Below are positions 54,132-64,000 of a DNA stretch of 64,000 nt, one piece after another. The translations under genes and the position numbers were made by a program. The notes below the pieces were generated by a model. That model did not search any database and was not told the DNA's origin. It saw only the letters and a program-made list of their open reading frames with translations. The stretch is from Chrysomallon squamiferum (lineage: Eukaryota; Animalia; Mollusca): NCBI GenBank assembly GCA_012295275.1, contig CM022678.1:9672001-9736000 (forward strand), given 5' to 3'. How positions within the stretch are numbered: the stretch's first letter is position 1; each line of letters begins with the position of its first letter.

Positions 54132-56149
54132 TTAATGGTAACTGATAAAAAAAATCCTTTCATTTGTAATTATGTCTATTGATACCATTATTTTTGTAAA
54201 ATAGACAGGTATGAAAGGTTATCTTTAAATAACTGAAATTTTTGATAGTCATTGTTTTTACAAACTATACAAATGAATGAATGAATGAATGTTTAAGGCC
54301 ACCCCAGCATGAAAAATATATCAGCTACTGGGTGAGAAACAAAGATAAATATAACAATACAAACTATACAAACCAATACCTAATTACATTAATATTAAAT
54401 ACTGAAATGTTTTTCTCAGACAAGAAGTGGAGAAGAGGATGAAAGTGAGACAAGCTGAAGATTCAGCTCATCCTGAGCTAATTCTGCAGAACACAGAGGA
54501 GTCATGGAAACGTCACACTTACAGATTAGCTCACCCTGTGTAACTGATGGTAGAATGTGGTGACAGTGATTGTGTAGCTTATCTGATGAAAAAAAACTGT
54601 TTTCAATTACAGTTCTATCAGGTACATTCTGAGAGAATAGTATTTTTTTCTTTTCCAGTTTGTATGAGGATAAAATAATATTATTAATGATATATATAGT
54701 ATTTACTGACATATTTTCTTTTGTCCTGCTTGTCTGGTAATAAAGTGATACTGTTAATAATATATCCAGTTTTTTACCCTGATTATAGAGGTTAAGTTTT
54801 CTATGCCACTCTGTATTTTCTGATATAGATAATGTTAATTCCACTTCATAGAAAATGATTTTAAAAAGACTCTGTAGAAAAGTTTTCTGACACAAAGAAT
54901 GATAATTTCAACCATACAACTTAACTGATGATTTTTGCCTCTATCCAATGTTCTGATATAGAAACTAATAATTTCTACAATCCTGTTTGTATGATATTTT
55001 TACTGCTCTATTCAACATTTTCTGATACAGAATAACATGATAAAATATGCTGTTAATTCACACACACTGATACTGATATTTATGTGCTGATAAAATACAC
55101 GGACCAAAGTTTATAAAGCAAATCATATTTTTATTAGATTTTTGTTTTCATTGGCCAGTTATTATAAGAAGTGTTTTTGATAATATCAGTTATTATTTGT
55201 TAAATTTATGTTATGCACTGTATGTGTGAGGATGTATGTCAGTATGTATGTTGGTATGTCTCTGAATATATGTGTGCCTGTATGTGTTTGTGTGTTTTGG
55301 TGTATGTATGTGTCAGTATGTATGCTGGTATGTCTCTGCATATAAGTGTGTCTGTATGTGTTTGTGTGTTTTGGTGTATGTATGTGTATGTGTCAGTATG
55401 TATGTTGGTATATCTGTTTGTGTGGGTTTTGCCTAAGTGAATGTGTGTGACTGTGTGAATGTGTATGTTCTGTTGTGTGAGTATTGGAATGTTATTGGTG
55501 TTTGGTTTGTGTCTATTACTTGTGTATATGTGATATATGTATATTTATGTATGCACAAAATAGAATATAAATTCTGCAGCTAAAGCATCAAATCAATTTA
55601 TTTAGCACACTTTAATAAAAAACAGATTAATTTTTAATACTAGCTCCTGTTAAATAAAGTAATCAATTAAATAAAGTAATAAAATAATAAAAAACAGATG
55701 TCTAGATGAATTTTTAGTACTAGCTCCTGTTAAATAAAGTAATTAATTATCCAATGTAATAATTTGAAACAGGTGAAAAAAAAAGAAAAAAGTAACACCT
55801 GTAATTAAATTATATTATCTTTTTTCAATATTTTTGTTTATAATGCACATATACAAGTATTATGTTTTTTATAGGCATTTTTAATTAATTAATTTTTATA
55901 TTTGTTACAATTTTGCTGTTGAATTTGATTTTTTAATTCACTGTTACTGTTTCTTGGTAAATAAAAATGAGATATAAAACTGTTTTCAGGGTGTTTATTA
56001 TTAGTGATTTTGTTTTTAATTTGGGTGGGAAACTGTATTTGTTTATTTCATATCTTTTAACAATATAAATAAAGTTTTATCAAAAGAGAGTTATTTCCCT
56101 TATATTATAACAATTATTGTCCATGATCAATTGCTTATAATGTCATAAA

Positions 56150-56208
<59 letters not shown>

Positions 56209-57898
56209 TATTATTATTATTATTGTTATTATTATTATTATTATTTATTATTATTATAAATTAACAAAGAATAAATAAATATAATACTAAAATAGGTTTA
56301 TTTCTGATTAAAAAAAATTGTAATTTTTTGTTTGTTTGTCTTACTGGGGTATTCATGATAAATTACAAAATAATACTTGAGTGATATGTTTACTTTGTGA
56401 AGGCAATTATTTTATAAAATTTGGTCTAAGAATATTTTGAATTGTAACTCAGTTCTCAACATATAAATAATAGTTGCTGGAAAAGTTATACTTATTCTGA
56501 AATAGTACTTAAAAGGAAAAGAAAGAATATATATATATATCTATGTAGAAGTAAACACATTTTCCAGTCAACTAAATGATAAGGAGCAATTGTGAATGAA
56601 ATATTAAATTTTTTTATAATTAAATTAAATTTTAAATGGAATAACAATTGTTGTTATCAAATATTTATTTCATGGAAGCAGTAATAATCTATTTAAATAT
56701 GTAAAAAATTAAAAACTAAAACTATTGTGTGTATGTATGGGCATGCTTGTGTACATTTGTGTGTGTGTGTGTGTGTGTGTGTGCAACTTGTGTTTGTGAC
56801 TAAACAAGCACACACTAATATACGCAAACACACACACAAACAACATGTTATATTAATTTCTACATAGTTTATAATGTATACTTATTAGTATAAAACACCT
56901 AATGACTTGTATATTATTTAGAAAATTCTATTAAACTGTATTATTACTAATTTCATCTCATAGTCAGACGTGTTGAATTGTACTGAGTTTGTTCTATCTG
57001 CAGTGAAAACATTAATATGCAGATTCACATGCGTGCATGTAGAATTCACTATCACATGCACAGAAACGCAAACACACAGAAAAACACACGCACATACACA
57101 CATAAAGAATAATAATAAGACAAGAAGAAGAATAACGAACAGATTCTATTCAAGGTCATCGAGGAAAGTGTTAGTTACGTAGCCCAGTGTTAATAATGTA
57201 TTTTTTATTAACCGAAATCTAATAAAAATCTTAAATTCGTTAAGCTACTTGTCTCCCTCTCTCCCTCTCTCCATCACTGTTCTTTGGAATGAACTACTTT
57301 AGTTTATTCTTTTAATCATAAAATAAATAGCTTACTAAATAAAATAAAATAACAACAGATAAAAAGTAATCATGTGAAGATATAAAATGTATTACGTAAT
57401 TGGACAGTGATACATTTTCTCAAAGTATTAAAGTGTTTCACTGTTCATAGAAGACGCAAGAAACAAAGTTATATTTTGTTAGCGCCAAATCAATCTTAGC
57501 ACATTGTTTAAATTCATACACAAAGTGTTAGTATTAATATTTAGTTTTATATGTTACAAAGAATCAACAATTGCCTTTCTGTGCAAAGTACAAATACAGG
57601 CTGAATGCCACAAATTCATTAATTAACAAAAACAACAACAACAACAACAACAATAATAATTATAATTATAATACTAAATCACATTTCTCTTTAGTACAAA
57701 ACTTATTTCGTTTATTATAACTGTCACTGAGAGAATGTTCAATGCGTGCGCGTCTGCAGTTACCGTTTTCAGCCGGCAAAATTTTCATTCCAGTGTAATT
57801 GTTACTTCCTTCAGACATTTAGTTATAATCATGGACCAAAACGTATGAAAACACACATACATTATACATGCATGTATATAATAAAAGTAGTAGTAGCA

Positions 57899-57929
<31 letters not shown>

Positions 57930-58187
57930 TGTTACATGCTATTTCCAGGTATTTCTTTTTCATCAAATCAAGAATCGGAAAGAAAAAAAATTCATTTGTG
58001 ACCATTTGCTAATAAAAATAATGCTCAGTCTTTGGAAGCTATTTATCACGATTGATGTACTAGATAAAAATACATAATTAAACACATAACACGTCTTTTT
58101 TGAGAACAATCAGTTATTGAGTTTTCATATGCAAACTATTTAAGGGCCACGTGGGACACCAATTGTTTTTAAAACAAAGTAATCTTA

Positions 58188-58189
<2 letters not shown>

Positions 58190-58220
<31 letters not shown>

Positions 58221-58540
58221 CATGTATGTATGTATGTATGTATGTATGTTTGTATGTATGTATGTATGTATGTATGTATGTATGTTTGTATGTATGTATG
58301 TATGTATGTATGTATCTATATATGTATGTATGTTTGTATGTATGTATGTATGTATGTATGTATGCATGCATGTATGTATGTATGTATGCATGTATGTATG
58401 CATGTATGTATATATATATATATGTATGTATGCATGTATGTATGTATGTATGTATGTATGCATGTATGTATGCATGTATATATGTATGTATGTATATATA
58501 TATATGTGTATATGCATGTATGAATGGATGTATGTATGTA
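58190..58540 (+). repeat. (ATGT)n microsatellite
   Basis: Seen directly. Confidence 0.95.
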
Positions 58541-59467
58541 TTCCTGTACTTCAAAAGAAATGGTATTTTTTTAATAAAAAAAATAAAGTTTTTCTTTCAT
58601 ATTGATCTTCTTTTGCAAAAGACGTGAAACACGTAACTGCAAATATAAATTTTCGGATTAGAATTTTTACTAATAGGAGATCGCAGGGCCTTTAAAAACA
58701 CATATTAAAATATTTTGTTATCTCTTTTAGTGTAACATTCCTTAATTTCTTTTTCTTATACATTTTTTTGTAGGGTTTATTTGACGGTTACTATTAAAAA
58801 ATAAATGTATTATTTACTGAGAATAATGATTTTATATATAAACTAATTAAAACCATGCATTATCAGGAGCAGTTTAAACGCTCTAATAATATTAAAAAGT
58901 GATAATATTACTTTACTTTATTAATTAGTAAGTTTTGTGTAATTTTCAAAATCTCCATATTTCAAACATATTTTTATTAATTTATTTTGATATAATAATG
59001 AATATTATTGTTATCCATAAAGTTAAAAACGTACTCAAAGTCTTTAATAATAAATTATTTTAGTAATTGTACAATATTATTTAATTATATATATATATTA
59101 GATGTATAAAATATTAATAAATTATTCTTGGTAAATAATCAAACAAAATAGTATTATCACTGATACCTAAAAATACTTTTTCTAACAAAATTCTTAATTC
59201 TAAGTGTTAAATAAATATTACTGTTATGTTTAAAACTCAGAGGCATCGTTGGTTTCTAAAATGAATATTAAGAAAAGTTTTGGGTGATTAAATTCAGTGA
59301 TATTAAACTTTGACCGGTTGTAACGGAAGGGACATTCAAATTTTAAATATTTTTAAAACACATTATAAATACATGTGCTGAAAACATCAAGTTTTTGTAT
59401 TTTCTGAACTTCTAATCAAGCCGTACCAAACACTGACTTGATGAGTGGACATGTTTTCACTTCTGCC

Positions 59468-59652
59468 GTCTCTGTAGATCTACTCAACATATACTCCGTG
59501 AGACGTGTCTCTGTAGATGTACTCAACAGATACTCAGTGAGACGTCTCTCTGTAGATGTACTCAACAGACACTCCGTGAGACGTCTCTCTGTAGATGTAC
59601 TCAACAGACACTCGGTGAGACGTCTCTGTAGATGTACTCAACAGATACTCAG
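59468..59652 (+). repeat. 39-bp minisatellite, 4-5 units
   Basis: Unit TCTGTAGATGTACTCAACAGA(C/T)ACTC(C/A)GTGAGACGTCTC. Confidence 0.9.
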
Positions 59653-62395
59653 TAATAATAAATAAAATGATTTTTTTCTTTGTCGTTCTGTTCAAAATTA
59701 TAATGAAGAATTAAATATAAGAAAGAAAGAAAGAAATTATATCAATAAATTATTTTAGATTATATATATATATATAATGATTAATAAAAACAATAAATGT
59801 GTCCGAATTCTCGTGCTGTACCTAATTACAGAAAAAGGAATTCTAGAAGAAAAAGACATATTATAAAACAATAACACCCACAAGTATTGTCATATGTATC
59901 TGTATATCAATCTATTTGTCTGTCTGCCTGTCTACATACATGTATGTATGTATGTATGTATGTATGTATATATATGTATATATATATATGAAATGTTTAA
60001 CTTACCTATGAAAATTCATAGTGATATTTTTAAAGGGTATGACAAATACACAGAAAAGAATAAGAAAAAACAATACACTGATGAAATCACATCTTAACTT
60101 TTCCATAGCTACAAATTAATTATTTATCCGGAAATTCAATTAAGAAGCGTAGCGGATAAACCAGACACGTGATTGTGTTGTTTTCTTCTGCTGTTATCGG
60201 CTGCTCGCACAGATCAATTGGCAGACGGAAATTATTCAAGTTTAAGACGATGTCTGATTTACAGCGATCAGTTCTGTATCAGATTTTCTCATTTCAAGTC
60301 GCACAACGTTTAGGCAAGTCAGGTAACGATAAAACTATTTTATTTAACGATGAACGGTTTTAATACATTTATCTTTTATGAATATGTTTAACACCCGAGC
60401 CAGAGAACAGTTTTTCAGTCAGCAGTAACAAGGGATCAGCGGCGTGCAACATAGAGCAAAACCCGCACGTGTCCAGTTACACTGCAACAAGCGACTGCCC
60501 CCGAGTTACAGCCTGGTGTGTAACCCTGGTAACTAACAAGCACAAATAACATGAACGCAACAGGGGCGATCAACACGGCATGTGAAGACTCCTTGCTTAA
60601 AAGAGAACAGAGGGGCGAAATTTTCTTCTTACACTAATTTTCCATATTGTCTTGACGCAATTTGCCCCAGTTTTCTAGAAATGGTTGTTGTTTGGTTCTA
60701 TTTTTTTTTCAAAAACTCTATACTGTTCATTAATACACTACACCATTACTATTGCCATAGGTTTCACCTTGCCGCTAGGGAATTCCCATACAATTACTCA
60801 TACTGAGGCATTTCATCAAACATTAGTGATGACGTTAATGTTACAGAAATAAATAGAAATATTAAAATTAAATTAAAAGAATACAAAGGCGTGTGTGTGC
60901 CTGTATGTGTGCGTGCGTGTGCGGCGTGTGCGTGTGTGTGAAGTGATTGTCTCGCAGCTAATTATGAAATTGCCCTTTACCTACAGTTTGTTTAAAACAC
61001 TTCTCTTCATCTAAAAATGTATTTATTTATTTATAACAATTTGTTTTCTGAATTCTGAGGCTGACTGTTAGTGTATAGTTTAGTACTGGTTTCTTAAATA
61101 TGTGATATAAATACAAATGGCTGGTATATCTACGTCAACAAAATATCCTATAACAGATACAAAAAATAATAAATAAATAAATAAATAATAAATAAATAAA
61201 TAAATAAATAAATGAATAAATAAATAAATAAATAAATATATAAATAATTAAATAAATGAATGAATAAATAAATAAATGAATTTTTCACCACCTGTACGGA
61301 TCTTCGTGTACAGAAAAAGTTAATCTGAGGAGGTAGCCTGAACACACGTTTCTGATATCAGCTTTTTAATGTCAGGGCAAAAAGTCTTCTTATGTTTGTT
61401 GTTTTCTTCATAGAAATATTATTCATTATCATTTCATCGCCAGTATTTATTAGTGTAAAACCCAATCTATACATATTTTTAGATATTGTACAACAGGTGT
61501 GTTTAGAGTTTTATTTGACTTGCAAAAATTGGAAAATAACGGTCAAATCAACAGATTTATACGTTGCACAAAATGACATTCCTCTACTGGACTTCACTTA
61601 ACACTGATTCAGTGTGGCAGTCAAAACGTCAACACCGGTCAGAACGGTTTGACTCTGAATGCTGTGCACATGTCACTTTTTTATTAATATTGTTTTCATG
61701 AATAAAGAGGAAACCCAGCGCTCCCGTACTGATTAGCAGAAAAGAATATCTTACGAGCATAATTGCCAGAGACACGAAATCCTGTAGTATAATGATTATA
61801 AATGAGACGTTGGCTAGAACGAGAAATAAACTTAAGACTGATGATACAAACACTTGGTACTCCATTCGTATAGAACTGTATTTCCTTTAAAGTCTGCTTT
61901 AAATATACAAACAAACAAATAATGATAAATAAAATAAATAATTAAATAGATAAATAAATAAATAAAATAAAATGTTAAAATAAAATAAAAAAGTTTAGAA
62001 ATAAAAAGTAAAAAGAAAAATTATTATTCACTTGTTTGTTGAGAACACATAAATAATAAGAAAGTATGAACAATTATGTTTCTTCGTGTCAGGAAATTAT
62101 TTAATATATAAGGACCTTTAACTTTTTGGTGCTCATGAAAAAGTATATCGAAATAATTTTAATGTTGTAATTTAAAGTGTGGGTTTCCCATAAGTTATTA
62201 TGGGGCTACGAATTGTTACTGAGTGGTATCAGTTTTTATAAATAAAGTTAGAGTTAAGATCTGAAGGTGATGTTAACTGAAAGACTGAGAAAAAAGTCAC
62301 AGAACACAAAGCAACAGAAAGTGAAGAGAGAAATTTCTCCAGAGAGAGAGAGTTAAACCAGCATTTGAAAGAGCTAGAACTAAACGGTTTAAAAC

Positions 62396-62568
<173 letters not shown>

Positions 62569-63562
62569 GGTAGTAGAAATGTTTTGTGATGAGTCGAGTT
62601 AACTAAGAAGTACGATGTAATCAAACACCACAGAAAGGCAGCAGCGTGTTGAGACTGCGCCAGACAAGTCAGCAGAGCCGCCCTTGTGTCAGGCTGACAA
62701 ACAGCGGGATTACGTGTGACAAACATTAGCTGTTTTTTGTCTGCGCTACAATCAATAAGAGATTTAACAAATAAGAAATTTATTACGTTAAGTGTCGTTA
62801 CTTTTCTGGTTTGACTTGAACTTAATCGTACATGTTACGTGTCAGTACAGGCAATCGGAAAACGCAGTTGATATGAGGCAAACCTTTGCACTATCTTATT
62901 CATAATTAATTTTTCACTTTTCCTATTTTTCTCTTGCGCTAGTACACGCACACGCACACACACACATTAAGTCTCACTTATACAAATACACACACACGCA
63001 TACATTCATACACATGTTCACTAATGGCTAGGAACTTTTACTTGTATGTTGCTTCAAGTGTTTATTTATTTATGTAGGAATGTTGTGTTTAACAGTATTT
63101 ACCAAACATAATTACAAATAACCATCATAACTAATAATTACATCATTATATCATTATTATAAGCACAGTGACTGCAGAAGAATAGCAAGAATCGTAAAAA
63201 GATATTTAAAGATTTTTCATGTTAATATTTACATTACTAAAACAAGTTAAAATTGTACCTCCTTTTTATCCTAACGGATAATATCAAATTAATAACTATC
63301 TGAATAGTGATTATACATATTTCGATCTAAAAATAATAAGAACTGATTTACTTAATTCACTTTGTTGAATTCTAGTATTCTCAATACTTAATATAGTATT
63401 ATTTATCAAACAATAAAACAAAATCGCTCTGTAAATAAATAAATAAATAAAAAGTCTGAAGACGTTTAGACAATAATATTGATACTTAATTATTGCTAAA
63501 AACAAACAAACAACCCGAAAAACTTGAGAACGTTTTTTCGCCATATTCAAACTTGAGCATTC

Positions 63563-64000
63563 GTGTTGGTGTGAAGACTGGTTGAGTGTTAGTGTGAAGA
63601 CTGGTTGAGTGTTAGTGTGAAGACTGATTGAGTGTTAGTGTGAAGACTGGTTGAGTGTTGGTGTGAAGACTGGTTGAGTGTTGGTGTGAAGACTGGTTGA
63701 AGACTGGTTGAGTGTTGGTGTGAAGACTGGTTGAGTGTTGGTGTGAAGACTGGTTGAGTGTTAGTGTGAAGACTGGTTGAGTGTTAGTGTGAAGACTGGT
63801 TGAGTGTTAGTGTGAAGACTGGTTGAGTGTTGGTGTGAAGACTGGTTGAGTGTTGGTGTGAAGACTGGTTGAGTGTTGGTGTGAAGACTGGTTGAGTGTT
63901 GGTGTGAAGACTGGTTGAGTGTTGGTGTGAAGACTGGTTGAGTGTTGGTGAAGAAGACTGGTTGACTGGTTGTGTTGTTGAAGACTGGTTGAGTGTTAGT
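63563..64000 (+). repeat. 23-bp minisatellite running off the window end
   Basis: Unit GTGTGAAGACTGGTTGAGTGTT(G/A). Confidence 0.95.

Larger units (their letters stand above)
45475..54563 (+). pseudogene. Decayed multi-exon LRR + RRM-like gene, copy 2
   Basis: Paralogous exons 45475-45600, 49886-~50015, 50431-50625 (SLQELNLNCSCLTNQLLQFLVECFLGKLLSLKDVDVGNNPDL), 51986-52093, 52191-52305, 53158-53253, 53816-53880, 54420-54563. Acceptor AG>TG at 45473-45474; 1-bp deletion gives a premature TAA at 54541. Confidence 0.75.
32366..56960 (+). repeat. Segmental duplication, copy 2 (extra ~7.4 kb at 34116-41550 and expanded minisatellites)
   Basis: Same exons, TE relics and microsatellites in the same order as 1-15001. 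Confidence 0.95.

Overview
AT-rich, microsatellite-dense animal genomic DNA with GT-AG introns; the TRIM-type NHL gene and TE spectrum suggest an invertebrate, probably a mollusc (inference). Most ORF-track entries are simple-repeat or minisatellite read-throughs, not genes. The window is dominated by a direct duplication (1-15001 vs 32366-56960, with a 200-N gap between the copies). Each copy carries a decayed multi-exon gene with RI-like leucine-rich repeats, an RRM-like exon and a distinctive C-terminal exon. Upstream of copy 2, on the same strand, are frameshifted exons recognisable as the CAMSAP/Patronin N-terminus and CH domain. The only convincingly intact CDS is an intronless coiled-coil + NHL (TRIM-type) ORF on the minus strand, cut by the gap. 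TE relics: a fragmented Tx1/L1-clade LINE, two MULE-type transposase fragments, a probable pogo/Tc1 HTH relic and another LINE 3' end. Several minisatellites arose inside these TE coding relics. All assignments come from manual translation and motif recall; no database search was run.
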